Notes: generated by a model not told the origin, from the sequence alone. DNA of 64,000 nucleotides from an uncultured Gammaproteobacteria bacterium (GCA_963827755.1 CAWHCQ010000012.1:1-64000), one strand, 5' to 3'; positions 10,898 through 23,930 are shown, numbered from the stretch's first letter. Numbers and translations are program-made.

Positions 10898-12235
10898 CTA
10901 CCCGTGGCAAATAAATAATCCAGGCTTATGCTTCCTGTCCAGCTCGCGAAGATGGGCCAGCTTTTCAGCGATTTTTATCTCCAGGCCGCGTGCGACCGGC
11001 TGGTAATAGTCACGCGCCGGCATGTCCTCCGGAAAATAGTCTTCACCCGCCGCATAGCCCTCCGGTTCATCGTGGGCATATCGGTAGGCCTTGCCGTAAC
11101 CAAGTTCCTTCATCAGCCGGGTGGGTGCATTGCGCAGGTGAACCGGGACCTCCAGTGAACCGGTCTTGCCGATGTCTGACCTGGCAGTGTTATAGGCCTT
11201 GTAGACCGCATTACTCTTGGCGGCACAGGCCAGGTAAATCACCGCCTGTGCCAGCGCCAGTTCACCCTCCGGACTGCCAAGACGCTCCTGCACATCCCAG
11301 GCATCGAGGCTCAGGGTGAGTGCCCGCGGATCTGCATTGCCGATATCTTCGGACGCCATGCGCACGATGCGTCGTGCGATATAGAGGGGATCGCAACCCC
11401 CATCCAGCATGCGTGTCAGCCAGTACAGGGCTGCATCGGGCGACGAGCCGCGAACTGACTTGTGCAGCGCGGATATCTGGTCATAGAAATCATCGCCGCC
11501 CTTGTCAAAACGGCGACTGCCACCGGTGATGACCTCGTTGAGTATCGCTTCATGGACAACAGGCCTGTCTCCTGTTTCATCCGCCAGGTCCGCAACAATC
11601 TCCAGCAGGTTGAGCGCGCGCCGCGCATCTCCGTCAGCGGCCTGTACGAGCCGGTCACGCAACTCATCAGCCAGCTCGATATCGCGCTCGCCCAGCCCAT
11701 TGATGCGGTCGCTCAATGCCAGGTCGATGATTTTCCGCAGATCCTCCGCCTCAAGGCGTTTCAGCACATAGGTCCTGGCGCGCGATAACAGGGCGCTGTT
11801 TAATTCAAAGGATGGATTCTCCGTTGTCGCGCCGATAAAAATGACGGTGCCGTCTTCGACATGCGGAAGAAATGCATCCTGCTGGGCCTTGTTGAAGCGA
11901 TGCGCCTCATCGATAAACAGAATGGTCAGGCGGGATTCCATTTCACGCACCTGCTGTGCTGTCGCCACGGCATTGCGGATATCCTTTACACCGGCAAGCA
12001 CGGCCGACAGGGGCAGGAATTCTGCCCGGGTCTGTTCTGCAAGCAGCCTCGCCAGGGTGGTTTTTCCGGTACCCGGGGGCCCCCACAACACCATTGAGTG
12101 CAGGTTGCCCTCTTCTATGGCACGACGCAGGGGTTTGCCGACACCGAGGATATGGGCCTGACCGGCAAATGCATCCAGCGTGCGTGGACGCATACGGTCA
12201 GCCAGGGGTCTCCAGGCTTCAGCTGCATGCGTCAT
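10898..12235 (-). CDS. rarA: Replication-associated recombination protein A
   Basis: PLADRMRP, GPPGTGKTT, SALHKSVRGS and ASEDIGNADP; follows lolA. Confidence 0.97.
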   Translation of the reverse strand: MTHAAEAWRPLADRMRPRTLDAFAGQAHILGVGKPLRRAIEEGNLHSMVLWGPPGTGKTTLARLLAEQTRAEFLPLSAVLAGVKDIRNAVATAQQVREMESRLTILFIDEAHRFNKAQQDAFLPHVEDGTVIFIGATTENPSFELNSALLSRARTYVLKRLEAEDLRKIIDLALSDRINGLGERDIELADELRDRLVQAADGDARRALNLLEIVADLADETGDRPVVHEAILNEVITGGSRRFDKGGDDFYDQISALHKSVRGSSPDAALYWLTRMLDGGCDPLYIARRIVRMASEDIGNADPRALTLSLDAWDVQERLGSPEGELALAQAVIYLACAAKSNAVYKAYNTARSDIGKTGSLEVPVHLRNAPTRLMKELGYGKAYRYAHDEPEGYAAGEDYFPEDMPARDYYQPVARGLEIKIAEKLAHLRELDRKHKPGLFICHG

Positions 12236-12256
12236 ATAGCTTGCAGCACGAAAGGA

Positions 12257-12889
12257 TTACCTGGCATCTCCAATAACATCGGTATTGGCCGGGGGAATAA
12301 AGCGGAACAGTTCCGGGTCAAGATCCCGGTTGCGCTCGAGATTGAAAAAAGAAAAGGTCGTTGTATTGCCGAAACTGTCGAGTGCCCGCATACTCACCAG
12401 CGTGTCGACATCAAAATACAGCGTGATCGCCGTAACATTACTGTCAGCGGACTTCGGTGTCAGCAGCACCTGCCTGACTGTAGTCCCGGAGTCCAGTTCC
12501 TCGATGGTAAAGACCTCTTCCATTGGCCGGGAACCACTCAGCAGCATGGCCGGTGTGGACGTCAGCACATCGGCAACTTTTTGCACGGATACCTGTTCGA
12601 GATCTTCATCATAGGACCAGAGGCGTTCTCCATCGGCTACAATTTGCTGACGGTACGGTGTTTCGTAATCCCAGCGGAAAAGTCCCGGGCGCTGTATCCA
12701 CATATGGCCTTGCGAGGACTGCTGTATGTTGTGCTCGCTGTCGACCACCTGCTGGTCAAAATCGGCCTCCAGGGTACGCAGACCATTGAAATAATCCAGT
12801 GTGTAGTCTGGCCCGGGTGCAGCCTGGATTGCTCCGCCCGGCAGGAGCAGCAAGCCGGCGACAATGAGTCTGTGTGTCATTGTATTCAT
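12257..12889 (-). CDS. lolA: Outer membrane lipoprotein chaperone LolA
   Basis: Signal peptide, [10 protein letters not shown] and YDEDLEQV; ftsK-lolA-rarA synteny. Confidence 0.95.
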   Translation of the reverse strand: MNTMTHRLIVAGLLLLPGGAIQAAPGPDYTLDYFNGLRTLEADFDQQVVDSEHNIQQSSQGHMWIQRPGLFRWDYETPYRQQIVADGERLWSYDEDLEQVSVQKVADVLTSTPAMLLSGSRPMEEVFTIEELDSGTTVRQVLLTPKSADSNVTAITLYFDVDTLVSMRALDSFGNTTTFSFFNLERNRDLDPELFRFIPPANTDVIGDAR

Positions 12890-15198
12890 GCGTCTGGTGG
12901 CGGTGGAGCCAGCACTTCCCGGCTGCCGTTGTTTTCCATCGGCCCGACTATGCCGGTCAGTTCCATGTGCTCTATCATGCGTGCAGCACGGTTGTAGCCG
13001 ATTTTCAGGCGCCGCTGTACCCCGGAAATGGATGCGCGGCGCGTCTGTGTAACGATGGCAACTGCCTGGTCGTAGAGGGGGTCGGACTCCGTATCATCAC
13101 CCCCGCCGCCGCCTTTTTCAGGTGACAGGCCGGGAACATGATCTGTCTGCACCTCGAGTATCTCGCTCATGTATTCCGGCCCGGACTTGCCCTTCAGGTG
13201 GGCGGCCACCCTGTGAACCTCCTGGTCGGAGACAAAGGCCCCGTGAACGCGAACGGGCACCGCGGTGCCCGGCGGGAGGTACAGCATGTCACCGTGTCCC
13301 AGTAATTGTTCTGCCCCCATCTGGTCAAGAATGGTCCGTGAGTCAATCTTCGAGGACACCTGGAAGGCAATCCGGGTGGGTATATTGGCCTTGATCAGCC
13401 CGGTAATCACGTCTACCGAGGGACGCTGGGTCGCCAGTATCAGGTGGACCCCGGCAGCGCGGGCCTTTTGTGCGAGACGTGCAATCAGTTCCTCGACCTT
13501 CTTGCCAACGACCATCATCATGTCGGCCAGCTCATCGATCACAATGACAATGAAGGGCAACTCCTGCAGCTGCGGATGCTCGGTTCCCTCAAGTGCTTCT
13601 TCAGGTTTGAACAATGGGTCCGGTATGGGCTTGCCGGCATCAATGGCTTCTTTCACCTTGCGGTTGTAGCTGGTGATATTACGCACGCCCAGCGCAGCCA
13701 TCAGACGGTAGCGCCGCTCCATCTCTCCAACACACCAGCGCAGGGCATTGGCTGCCTCGTTCATATCCGTCACGACCGGCGTCAACAGATGCGGAATCCC
13801 TTCATAGACAGATAATTCCAGCATTTTCGGATCAATCATAATCAGGCGTACATTTTTAGGCAGTGCCTTGTAGAGCAGGCTCAGTATCATCGCGTTAACA
13901 GCCACGGACTTACCCGACCCGGTTGTACCGGCCACCAGCAGGTGCGGCATCTTTGCCAGGTCGACGACGACCGGCAAACCGCTGATATCCTTGCCCAGCG
14001 CCATGGTTAATCGCGACCCCGATTCATCGTATTCGTGCGAAGCGAGTATTTCGCCGAGAGTGACGATCTCGCGATACTCATTCGGTATCTCAAGTCCAAT
14101 GACCGACTTCCCGGGAATCACTTCGACCACCCGTACACTGATAGCAGACAGGGCCCGGGCAATATCCTTGGCAAGGTTGCTGACCTGACTGACTTTGACA
14201 CCTGCACCGAGATCTAGTTCAAAACGGGTAATGATCGGTCCCGGATTGACTGCGACGACTTCGACCTCGATATTGAAATCGAGCAGCTTCATTTCAACAA
14301 GACGCGACATTGCCTCCAGCGCCGAAGGTGAGTAGCCGTCCTGCGAGGGAGCCGGACCATCCAGTAATGACAGCGGCGGTAACTCGGTATTCGGCGGCGG
14401 ATCGAACAGCGGAACCTGGCGTTCGCGCTCGACACGCTCGCTGGGTTTGGTTTTCTGGATCACCGGCTCGATCCGGATGGGCTTGCGCTGCGCAACTTTT
14501 TCCTGGCTGGACCTGACGACCTCTTCACGCTGCAGGCGGCTGCGCCTGGCTTCGAGCCTGGCGGGTATTTCCCTTGCATGCCCGATCAGCCAGTCAGTCA
14601 GCCGCAGGGTATATTTACCGATGAAATCCATGACCGCCAGCCAGGACAGACCGGTAAACAATGTTGCCCCGGTCAGAAACGCCGCCAGCAGAAACAGGCT
14701 TGCGCCAACCGGACTGACAATGTCGACCAGGCCGTTGCCAACCACTTCGCCGAGGACGCCGCCGGAACCCGCCGGCAATCCACTCGCCGCGGCATCGGGT
14801 TGTATTGCAGCCAGCCCGCAACCGGCAATGACCGTCATCAGGAACCCGGCCCAGCGTATCGCCAGGATGTGGAGATCGATGCCGCCCGTGGGGGTATGCC
14901 CGCGATATACCAGCCAGCCACTGTAGCCAATCATGACGGGAAACAGGTAGGCCAGGTAACCGAGAAGATAAAGCAGGATATCAGCCAGCCAGGCGCCGAT
15001 CAGGCCACCGACGTTCTTGATATAGGTGACGGCACCGCTGCTGGACCATCCCGGGTCAGCCGGGTAATAACTCGCCAGCGATACCAGCAGGTAAATCGCT
15101 ACGGCACCGAGTATCAGCAAGGCACCTTCGCGCAGCCCGCGCGACACCTGGTGTGTCAGCCGTTCTTCAGCCTTGGTTTTCCGTCGTGCCTGTGCCAA
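12886..15198 (-). CDS. ftsK: DNA translocase FtsK
   Basis: N-terminal TM domain, [18 protein letters not shown] and gamma domain IGYNRAAR. Confidence 0.98.
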   Translation of the reverse strand: MAQARRKTKAEERLTHQVSRGLREGALLILGAVAIYLLVSLASYYPADPGWSSSGAVTYIKNVGGLIGAWLADILLYLLGYLAYLFPVMIGYSGWLVYRGHTPTGGIDLHILAIRWAGFLMTVIAGCGLAAIQPDAAASGLPAGSGGVLGEVVGNGLVDIVSPVGASLFLLAAFLTGATLFTGLSWLAVMDFIGKYTLRLTDWLIGHAREIPARLEARRSRLQREEVVRSSQEKVAQRKPIRIEPVIQKTKPSERVERERQVPLFDPPPNTELPPLSLLDGPAPSQDGYSPSALEAMSRLVEMKLLDFNIEVEVVAVNPGPIITRFELDLGAGVKVSQVSNLAKDIARALSAISVRVVEVIPGKSVIGLEIPNEYREIVTLGEILASHEYDESGSRLTMALGKDISGLPVVVDLAKMPHLLVAGTTGSGKSVAVNAMILSLLYKALPKNVRLIMIDPKMLELSVYEGIPHLLTPVVTDMNEAANALRWCVGEMERRYRLMAALGVRNITSYNRKVKEAIDAGKPIPDPLFKPEEALEGTEHPQLQELPFIVIVIDELADMMMVVGKKVEELIARLAQKARAAGVHLILATQRPSVDVITGLIKANIPTRIAFQVSSKIDSRTILDQMGAEQLLGHGDMLYLPPGTAVPVRVHGAFVSDQEVHRVAAHLKGKSGPEYMSEILEVQTDHVPGLSPEKGGGGGDDTESDPLYDQAVAIVTQTRRASISGVQRRLKIGYNRAARMIEHMELTGIVGPMENNGSREVLAPPPPDA

Positions 15199-15238
15199 AT
15201 CATCTGCTTCCGTAAGTAGTCGTTACGCCAGTTTCACT

Positions 15239-16306
15239 TTATTCGAGCAATTCTATCAGGGCCGGGTGGATGATAGCACCCGCTGCAACGTTTATCCCTT
15301 TTTGCAGTTCGGGCCTGGATTTCCAGTCAGGTTCGCAGATTGCCAGTACGTACGGCAGCAATGTCGACGAGAGCGCCTGTGTCGCGGTACGTGGCACCGC
15401 ACCCGGCATATTGGTGACACAGAAATGCAGCACGCCTTCTTCAACATAGGTTGGATTTTCATAGGTCGTCGGGCGCGTGGTTTCGATACAGCCGCCCTGG
15501 TCCACGGAAATATCCACAACAATGCTGCCTGCCTGCATTTGCCTGATCATTTTGCGGGAAACAATATGGGGTGACTTCTCGCCCGTTACGAGCGCAGCTC
15601 CAATCAGCACATCGGCCCCGGCTACTTCCCTTGCGAGCGCATCATGATCGGGCAGCAGAGCCGTGACATTGTTACCCAGCGAACGCACGGCGGACAAGCG
15701 CTCGCTGCGCACATCGAAAACCACAACCTCGGCACCGCTGGCCGCTGCCAGCATGGCCGCATGAGTGCCGGCGTTACCCGCACCGATGATCACCACCCGG
15801 CCCGGGTCTGCACCCTCTATTCCGCCAAGCAGCAGGCCTTTCCCGCCTTGCTCCTGGTGGAGCAGGCAGGTACTCACCTGCACCGCGAGGCGGCCGGCAA
15901 TAGCACTCATCGGCGCCAGCAGGGGAAGCCCGCCGCTGTCAGTCTCGACTGTTTCAAATGCGACAGCTGTCAGCCCGATTTTCTGCAGCGCATGTAGCAA
16001 CTGCGGATTGGGAGCCAGGTGCAGATAACAAAACAACAGGTGTCCGCTGTACAGGTGCCGCAGGTCCCCCGTAACAGGTTCCTTGACCTTGACGATCAAG
16101 CCGTCCTCGCCATAGGTCTCCGCTGCATCGATGCCGATACCGGCACCTGCAGCGATGTATTGATCATCGGGATACCCGGATAATGCGCCGGCATTGTGCT
16201 CGACAATGACCTGGTGTCCGGCATTCGAGAGCACGCGACAGGCATCCGGTGTCAGTGCAACCCGGCCTTCAATCGGCTTGATTTCTCGCGGAATCCCTAT
16301 TCGCAT
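15239..16306 (-). CDS. ald: Alanine dehydrogenase
   Basis: MRIGIPREIK, EGRVALTP, YLHLA, DISVDQGGC and NMPGAVP. Confidence 0.93.
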   Translation of the reverse strand: MRIGIPREIKPIEGRVALTPDACRVLSNAGHQVIVEHNAGALSGYPDDQYIAAGAGIGIDAAETYGEDGLIVKVKEPVTGDLRHLYSGHLLFCYLHLAPNPQLLHALQKIGLTAVAFETVETDSGGLPLLAPMSAIAGRLAVQVSTCLLHQEQGGKGLLLGGIEGADPGRVVIIGAGNAGTHAAMLAAASGAEVVVFDVRSERLSAVRSLGNNVTALLPDHDALAREVAGADVLIGAALVTGEKSPHIVSRKMIRQMQAGSIVVDISVDQGGCIETTRPTTYENPTYVEEGVLHFCVTNMPGAVPRTATQALSSTLLPYVLAICEPDWKSRPELQKGINVAAGAIIHPALIELLE

Positions 16307-16440
16307 GGCTTTACGCTGCCCCTCAAGTTCCGTAACATTCGCTTCTGCCTGGCCCTCACCCGGAACCAATCTCCGGATGACCTGTCTGTGATCACTACCA
16401 GCCTGGCCTCGCAGTTTCAGCGTCATCAGCTGTAAATTAA

Positions 16441-17445
<1,005 letters not shown>

Positions 17446-17479
17446 AAACAGCCGGTCATCAGCAAGCTGATGTTTGTTC

Positions 17480-18634
17480 ATGCATACGGCCATCATCCAG
17501 CAGATAACGGACATATCCGGTGCAGACTGGAACCGGGTCACTGGCAGTGGTAATCCTTTCCTGCGCTTTGAATTTCTTGCCGCACTGGAAAATCAGCAAT
17601 GCGTCGGTGATCGTTATGGCTGGCTGCCCCGGCATATTGCTGCCTATGATGACGCCGGCAATCTTGCCGGGCTGGTACCCCTTTATCTCAAGGATAATTC
17701 CTACGGAGAGTTTGTCTTCGACTGGGCCTGGGCCGATGCCTGGGCACGTGCCGGCAAGCCCTATTATCCGAAACTGGTGGCGGCAATTCCGTATACCCCG
17801 GCTACCGGTCCAAGGCTGCTGGTAGCGCCAGGCGCTGACCGCGCCCGCGTGGTCAAGGCGTTGATCGAAGCCGCGCTCTCGCTCACCGAACACAGCCACG
17901 CATCATCGCTGCACTGGTTGTTCACGGACAAGCGCGACACGGATACACTCGTCGAGCACGGCTTTATGCGGCGCACCGGCTGTCATTTTCACTGGACCAA
18001 CCGGGACTACCGCAACTTCGAGGAATTCCTCTTCGCAATGACCTCCCGCAAGCGCAAGAAAATCCGTCGCGAACGACGCTATGTCGAGGAAGCCGGCATT
18101 CAGATGTCGATCGTGCACGGCAGCGAGGCAACAGAAGCCCAGTGGGCGATCATGCATCATTTTTACCAGACAACGTTCGAAAAAAAATCGGGTATTCCAA
18201 CCCTGTCGATCGGTTTCTTTCACGAAATCAGTCGCACCATGGGTGACCAGGTCGTGCTGGTTTTTGCAAACCTGGGACGACAGGCAGTCGCGGGCGCAAT
18301 CATGCTGCGAGGCGATGATTCCCTCTACGGCCGGCATTGGGGATGTCTGCAGGACTACCACAGCCTGCATTTCGAAACCTGCTACTACCAGGGAATCGAA
18401 TACTGCATCAGGCATGGCCTCGGCCTGTTTGAACCGGGCGCCCAGGGCGAGCATAAGATCAGTCGCGGCTTTTTACCGACCCTGACCTGGTCTGCACACT
18501 GGGTTCAGGACGAGGGTTTCAGACCGGTGATCGAACGCTACCTGCTGCAGGAACACGAGCTGGTGGTCAATTATGCCAACGAACTGTCAACCACGTCGCC
18601 GTTCAGGAAAACAGCTGCAGAGAATCCCGTATGA
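17480..18634 (+). CDS. FemAB-like/GNAT-fold protein (DUF482 family)
   Basis: SYGEFVFDWAWA, YYPKL, LHFETCYYQ and GAQGEHKISRG. Confidence 0.88.
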   Translation: MHTAIIQQITDISGADWNRVTGSGNPFLRFEFLAALENQQCVGDRYGWLPRHIAAYDDAGNLAGLVPLYLKDNSYGEFVFDWAWADAWARAGKPYYPKLVAAIPYTPATGPRLLVAPGADRARVVKALIEAALSLTEHSHASSLHWLFTDKRDTDTLVEHGFMRRTGCHFHWTNRDYRNFEEFLFAMTSRKRKKIRRERRYVEEAGIQMSIVHGSEATEAQWAIMHHFYQTTFEKKSGIPTLSIGFFHEISRTMGDQVVLVFANLGRQAVAGAIMLRGDDSLYGRHWGCLQDYHSLHFETCYYQGIEYCIRHGLGLFEPGAQGEHKISRGFLPTLTWSAHWVQDEGFRPVIERYLLQEHELVVNYANELSTTSPFRKTAAENPV

Positions 18635-19362
18635 CACGCCACCAGGGCAAGGCACCCTACTGGATAGACCCGCATGATCCGGTTATTGACTTTCCGGATG
18701 TCGGGCTTGCCTTGAGTGAACCCGACGGACTCCTGGCCATCGGCGGAGATCTTTCCAGAGAGCGACTGTTGCTTGCCTATTCACGAGGTATCTTCCCCTG
18801 GTATGACCCGGAGCAGCCGATATTATGGTGGGCACCTGACCCGCGACTGGTCCTGGAACCCGCCAGGCTGAAAATATCTCGCAGCCTGAAAAAGACGCTC
18901 AGGCAGGGTAAATTCACGCTCACCATGGACAGCTGCTTTAGCGAGGTGATCAAGGCCTGTTCCGGCCGGCGCCCGAAACAGGCAGGCACCTGGATCAGTG
19001 CCGAAATGCAGGCAGCCTACACGGATTTACATGCGGCGGGGTTTGCCCATTCGGTGGAGTGCTGGCTGGATGGCGAGCTTGCCGGTGGCCTCTACGGTGT
19101 GTCGATCGGGCGGATATTCTTCGGCGAATCCATGTTTACCCGGGTGACAGATGCCTCGAAAGTCGCCTTTGTAGCCCTGGCCCGCCAGCTGGAACGCTGG
19201 CATTTCCCGCTGATCGACTGCCAGGTCTACACCAGCCACCTGGAAAGCCTGGGGGCATCGTTCATGCCCCGCCAACAGTTCTGCGCGCTTCTGCAGCGGG
19301 AATGCAGCGTCCGGGCTGATACCCCGAGCTGGCGCCTCGATGCAGATATCAATCTTGTCTGA
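18631..19362 (+). CDS. aat: Leucyl/phenylalanyl-tRNA--protein transferase
   Basis: GLLAIGGDL, AYSRGIFPW, GGLYGV, FFGESMF and DASK. Confidence 0.97.
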   Translation: MTRHQGKAPYWIDPHDPVIDFPDVGLALSEPDGLLAIGGDLSRERLLLAYSRGIFPWYDPEQPILWWAPDPRLVLEPARLKISRSLKKTLRQGKFTLTMDSCFSEVIKACSGRRPKQAGTWISAEMQAAYTDLHAAGFAHSVECWLDGELAGGLYGVSIGRIFFGESMFTRVTDASKVAFVALARQLERWHFPLIDCQVYTSHLESLGASFMPRQQFCALLQRECSVRADTPSWRLDADINLV

Positions 19363-19415
19363 CAGGATCGCCGCCAATCCCGGCTTCAGGGGATATTAAA
19401 ACAGGGTATATCAGG

Positions 19416-19428
19416 TATAATGCGCGCC
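19416..19428 (+). promoter_or_regulatory. Putative sigma70 -10 box with GC-rich discriminator for infA
   Basis: TATAAT followed by GCGCGCC about 35 bp before the infA ATG. The -35 match is weak. Confidence 0.5.
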
Positions 19429-19456
19429 AGTCCAAACTTGATGACTACAGATACTT

Positions 19457-19675
19457 ATGGCAAAAGAAGAACACATTGAAATGGAAGGAACGGTAACCGA
19501 GACCCTTCCCAATACCATGTTCCGGGTCGAACTGGAAAATGGCCATGTTGTAACGGCCCATATTTCAGGCAAGATGCGCAAACACTACATTCGGATTCTG
19601 CGCGGCGACAAGGTCACCGTTGAATTGACCCCGTATGATCTCAGCAAGGGCCGGATTACCTACCGGGCACGCTAG
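19457..19675 (+). CDS. infA: Translation initiation factor IF-1
   Basis: [24 protein letters not shown]...[13 protein letters not shown]. Confidence 0.99.
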   Translation: MAKEEHIEMEGTVTETLPNTMFRVELENGHVVTAHISGKMRKHYIRILRGDKVTVELTPYDLSKGRITYRAR

Positions 19676-19691
19676 CCTTTACCTGCGCCCT

Positions 19692-21947
19692 TCAGTGCGC
19701 TGTTTCTTTTTCCTGAATTTCGAAGGCCAAACCGGCACCTTCCAGGTGAACGATCACGTGCCCGCCATGGGCCAGCCTTCCAAATAACAGCTCATCGGCA
19801 AGTGGCTTCTTGATGTGCTGCTGGATGATACGCGCCATCGGACGCGCGCCCATCTTCTCATCGTGACCGTGTACGGCCAGCCACAGGCGCGCTGATTCAT
19901 CCACTTCAATGGTGACCTGCTGCTCCTGCAGTTGCGCCTCCAGCTCGAAGATAAACTTGTCCACCACCTTCTCCATGACGGCAGGCTCAAGGGCGTTGAA
20001 ATGCACAATGGAATCGAGGCGATTTCTGAATTCCGGGGTAAACATCTTCTTGATGATTTCCATCGCATCCGACGAATGGTCCTGGCGCGTAAACCCGATC
20101 GATGCACGGCTCATCTCGTGGGCGCCGGCATTGGTCGTCATTACCAGCACCACGTGACGAAAATCAGCCTGGCGACCATTGTTATCGGTCAGCGTGCCGT
20201 GATCCATAACCTGTAACAGCAGGTTAAAAACATCCGGGTGGGCCTTTTCGATCTCATCAAGCAAAAGCACAACATGCGGGTTCTTTGAAATAGCCTCGGT
20301 CAGCAATCCACCCTGGTCGTAGCCAACATAGCCTGGAGGCGCACCGATGAGCCGCGAAACCGTGTGCCGCTCCATGTACTCGGACATATCAAAACGCACC
20401 AGCTCCAGGCCCATGATCCTGGCAAGTTGCCGGGTCACCTCTGTCTTGCCCACCCCGGTGGGACCGGCGAATAAAAATGAACCAATCGGCTTGTCTTTAT
20501 TACCGAGGCCGGAACGTGACATCTTTATGGCCGCTGTCAGGGTCTCGATGGCAGGATCCTGGCCATAAACCACCATTTTCAGGTCCCGCTCCATGGTGCC
20601 CAGCGTTGCCTTGTCCGAGGCGGAGACTGATTTTTCGGGAATACGGGCCATCTGGGCAATGACATGCTCGATATCGACGACGCCGATGGTCTTTTTGCGT
20701 TTCGATGCCGGTCGCAGGCGCTGGCTTGCCCCGGCTTCATCAATGACGTCAACCGCCTTGTCCGGCAGGTGACGGTCATTGATATAGCGATCTGATAACT
20801 CTGCCGCCACGCGCAGTGCGCGCGGTGAGTATTTAACATTGTGATATTCCTCAAAGCGGGATTTCAGGCCTTTGAGGATCGTAACGGTCTCCTCGACACT
20901 GGGCTCGTTTATGTCAATCTTCTGGAAACGCCGCGAGAGGGCATGATCCTTTTCGAAGATTCCGCGGTATTCCTGGTATGTCGTTGAACCGATACACTTG
21001 AGGTCGCCACTTGCGAGCATGGGCTTCATCAGGTTGGAGGCATCCATAACGCCGCCGGATGCGGCCCCTGCACCAATCATGGTGTGGATCTCGTCAATAA
21101 AGAGAATGGCGCCCTCCTCTTTCCTTATTTGCGCGAGCACGGCTTTCAGTCTTTTTTCAAAATCGCCACGATACTTGGTGCCGGCAACCAGCGAACCCAG
21201 GTCCAGTGAATAGATCGTGCTGTTTAACAGGACCTCGGGCACATCGCCTTCAACGATCATTTTCGCGAGACCTTCAGCCAGGGCGGTCTTGCCCACGCCG
21301 GCCTCGCCGACGAACAGGGGATTGTTTTTGCGGCGGCGGCAGAGAATCTGGATGGTGCGCTGGATTTCATCCCGCCTGCCTATCAACGGGTCAATCCGGC
21401 CCTGCGCGGCCATTTCGTTCAGGTTGCTTGCAAAACTTTCCAGCGGCTGCTTGGCGGTCGAGTCAGGCAGCTCGCCCTGGTCACCGTTTTCCAGGTTTTC
21501 CTCGGGCTGGTCATACACCTTTGAAATACCGTGGGATATGTAGTTAACCACATCAAGCCGGCTGATATCCGACTTGTTGAGAAAGTAGACGGCCTGCGAT
21601 TCCTGTTCACTGAAAATTGCGACCAGCACATTAGCGCCCGTCACTTCAGTTTTGTCAGATGACTGAACATGAAACACGGCACGCTGCAGGACTCTCTGGA
21701 AACCCAGGGTGGGCTGCGTTTCCCGGGTATCGTCTTTCGAAAGCTTGGGTGTCGTTTCCTCGAGAAAGTTACCGACTTCCTTTTTAAGCGACTCCAGGTC
21801 AGCACCACAGGCCCTCAACACCGCGACCGCGGTAGGATTACCCAGCAATGCAAAAAGCAGATGCTCAACCGTCATGAATTCATGATTTTTCTCCCGCGCT
21901 TCCTTGAAGGCGAGATTAAGTGTGAATTCAAGCTCCTTACTCAACAT
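19692..21947 (-). CDS. clpA: ATP-dependent Clp protease ATPase subunit ClpA
   Basis: Two AAA+ modules (GEAGVGKT, GPTGVGKT), IGF loop, 751 aa; follows clpS. Confidence 0.98.
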   Translation of the reverse strand: MLSKELEFTLNLAFKEAREKNHEFMTVEHLLFALLGNPTAVAVLRACGADLESLKKEVGNFLEETTPKLSKDDTRETQPTLGFQRVLQRAVFHVQSSDKTEVTGANVLVAIFSEQESQAVYFLNKSDISRLDVVNYISHGISKVYDQPEENLENGDQGELPDSTAKQPLESFASNLNEMAAQGRIDPLIGRRDEIQRTIQILCRRRKNNPLFVGEAGVGKTALAEGLAKMIVEGDVPEVLLNSTIYSLDLGSLVAGTKYRGDFEKRLKAVLAQIRKEEGAILFIDEIHTMIGAGAASGGVMDASNLMKPMLASGDLKCIGSTTYQEYRGIFEKDHALSRRFQKIDINEPSVEETVTILKGLKSRFEEYHNVKYSPRALRVAAELSDRYINDRHLPDKAVDVIDEAGASQRLRPASKRKKTIGVVDIEHVIAQMARIPEKSVSASDKATLGTMERDLKMVVYGQDPAIETLTAAIKMSRSGLGNKDKPIGSFLFAGPTGVGKTEVTRQLARIMGLELVRFDMSEYMERHTVSRLIGAPPGYVGYDQGGLLTEAISKNPHVVLLLDEIEKAHPDVFNLLLQVMDHGTLTDNNGRQADFRHVVLVMTTNAGAHEMSRASIGFTRQDHSSDAMEIIKKMFTPEFRNRLDSIVHFNALEPAVMEKVVDKFIFELEAQLQEQQVTIEVDESARLWLAVHGHDEKMGARPMARIIQQHIKKPLADELLFGRLAHGGHVIVHLEGAGLAFEIQEKETAH

Positions 21948-21969
21948 GAGTTAAACCCTCAGAGTAGTC

Positions 21970-22290
21970 CTATACTGCTTCCATACCACAGAGCAACGGG
22001 TGCTGATGACGTTCTGCATATTCGGTGACCTGCGCAATCTTGGTTTCCGCCACCTCAAATGTAAAAATACCACACACGCCTTTTCCGTGAGAGTGCACCA
22101 TCAGCATGACCCGGGTAGCCTTCTCACGATCCATGCCGAAAAACTTCTCCAGTAATTCGACAACAAATTCCATCGGCGTGTAGTCATCGTTGAGCAAAAA
22201 TACCTTATACATGGAAGGTTTTTTGAGTTTCGGTTTGGCCTCTTCCAGGGCCAGCCCCTCATCGCTTCTGTGTTCCTGTTCGTTTGCCAT
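21970..22290 (-). CDS. clpS: Clp protease adaptor ClpS
   Basis: [17 protein letters not shown] and HPLLC. Confidence 0.98.
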   Translation of the reverse strand: MANEQEHRSDEGLALEEAKPKLKKPSMYKVFLLNDDYTPMEFVVELLEKFFGMDREKATRVMLMVHSHGKGVCGIFTFEVAETKIAQVTEYAERHQHPLLCGMEAV

Positions 22291-22569
22291 AATCAGCGCG
22301 CCACCCGGACCCTGCTACATTCATATCAGCTATGGGAACATTTTACCACGAGTCGGCCTGTTCAGACGCCGGCAAACCGACTCCTGACGCCAATACCCGT
22401 GTGCCCTTCGGACGGGGTATTTCCGTCTGAATCGGCATATTTAATGCGTACTTGACCGGCCCGGGCTTGATTTCGAGGCCGGTTTACCCTGGAGCATAGC
22501 GCCCGCCTTGCATGCTTGAAGCAGCGCTCGCAGGAGATCCGGGCAGGCACAAGGCCCTGGAAAAGAGCG

Positions 22570-22602
22570 AAAAAAAACCGCACATGCCGGTGTGCGGTTT
22601 TT
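22570..22602 (-). terminator. Rho-independent terminator downstream of icd (possibly bidirectional)
   Basis: AAAAACCGCACA-tgccgg-TGTGCGGTTTTT hairpin with A/T tracts. Confidence 0.8.
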
Positions 22603-22628
22603 ATCAATTTAGCCGCCCGATATAATAA

Positions 22629-23882
22629 TCAGGCATTGGCGATAATCGCCTCGCCGAATTCAGAGCAACTGACCTTGGTCGCTTCTTTCATCAACCGGTG
22701 CAGGTCGTAGGTCACCGTACCGGCCGCTATAGCGCCGGATATACCGTTGACAATCCTGTCTGCCGCTTCATTCCAGCCGATGTGGCGCAACATCATCTCC
22801 GCGGAAAGTATTAACGAACTGGGATTCACCTGGTCCTTGCCGGCATAGCCTGGCGCCGTACCATGGGTGGCCTCAAACACGGCAATCGAGTCCGAAAGAT
22901 TCGCACCCGGCGCCATACCGATGCCACCGACCTGTGCTGCCAAAGCGTCTGATATATAGTCTCCATTGAGATTTAATGTCGCGATGACGCTGTACTCGGC
23001 CGGACGCAGCAGGATCTGCTGCAAGAAGGCATCGGCAATCACATCCTTGACGATGATCTCCTTACCGGATTCCGGGTTTTTGAATGAACACCAGGGCCCG
23101 GCATCAATCTCATGCGCCCCGAACTCCTCTTTGGCCAGTTCATAGCCCCAGCTTTTAAAGGCGCCTTCCGTGAACTTCATGATGTTGCCCTTGTGAACCA
23201 GGGTCACCGAACTGCGGTCCTGGTCAATTGCATACTGAAGCGCCTTGCGCACCAGGCGCCTGGTTCCCTCTCTGGATACCGGCTTGACCCCGATACCCGA
23301 CGTTTCCGGGAAGCGTATCTTCGTGACACCCATTTCATCCTGCAAAAAGGCAATCAGCTTTCTGGCCTCCTCGCTTCCTGCCTGCCACTCGATGCCTGCA
23401 TAGATATCTTCCGAGTTTTCCCTGAAGATGACCATGTTGGTTTTTTCCGGCTCCCTGACCGGGCTTGGCGTGCCGTCAAAATAACGTATCGGCCTGAGGC
23501 ACAGGTACAGGTCAAGTTCCTGCCGCAGAGCAACATTCAGTGAGCGTATGCCGCCCCCGACAGGGGTGGTCAGCGGCCCCTTGATCGCCACGCTGAACTC
23601 GCGGATAGCCTCCAGTGTTTCCTGCGGTAACCAGGTGTCGGGGGCATAGACCTCATTGGCCTTTTCCCCGGCATAGATCTCCATCCAGGCGATCGAGCGC
23701 TTGCCGCCATAAGCGCTGGCGACGACAGAATCGACGACATGACGCATAACCGGTGTGATATCCACGCCGATCCCGTCGCCCTCTATGAAGGGAATGATGG
23801 GCCGTTCCGGCACCTTGAGGGAGAAATCGGCATTGACCCGGATCTTTTCACCGGACTCCGGAATAACAATATTTTCATACAT
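22629..23882 (-). CDS. icd: NADP-dependent isocitrate dehydrogenase
   Basis: [30 protein letters not shown] and EATHGTAP. Confidence 0.98.
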   Translation of the reverse strand: MYENIVIPESGEKIRVNADFSLKVPERPIIPFIEGDGIGVDITPVMRHVVDSVVASAYGGKRSIAWMEIYAGEKANEVYAPDTWLPQETLEAIREFSVAIKGPLTTPVGGGIRSLNVALRQELDLYLCLRPIRYFDGTPSPVREPEKTNMVIFRENSEDIYAGIEWQAGSEEARKLIAFLQDEMGVTKIRFPETSGIGVKPVSREGTRRLVRKALQYAIDQDRSSVTLVHKGNIMKFTEGAFKSWGYELAKEEFGAHEIDAGPWCSFKNPESGKEIIVKDVIADAFLQQILLRPAEYSVIATLNLNGDYISDALAAQVGGIGMAPGANLSDSIAVFEATHGTAPGYAGKDQVNPSSLILSAEMMLRHIGWNEAADRIVNGISGAIAAGTVTYDLHRLMKEATKVSCSEFGEAIIANA

Positions 23883-23930
23883 CTTTTGATTACCTGGTTA
23901 ATAAATGACTAAAAACCGGGATTGTACCCG

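Noticed and set aside
22291-22569. cspD or small RNA between clpS and icd
   Set aside because: No cold-shock-domain ORF is visible, and the short hairpin near 22400-22440 has no supporting evidence.
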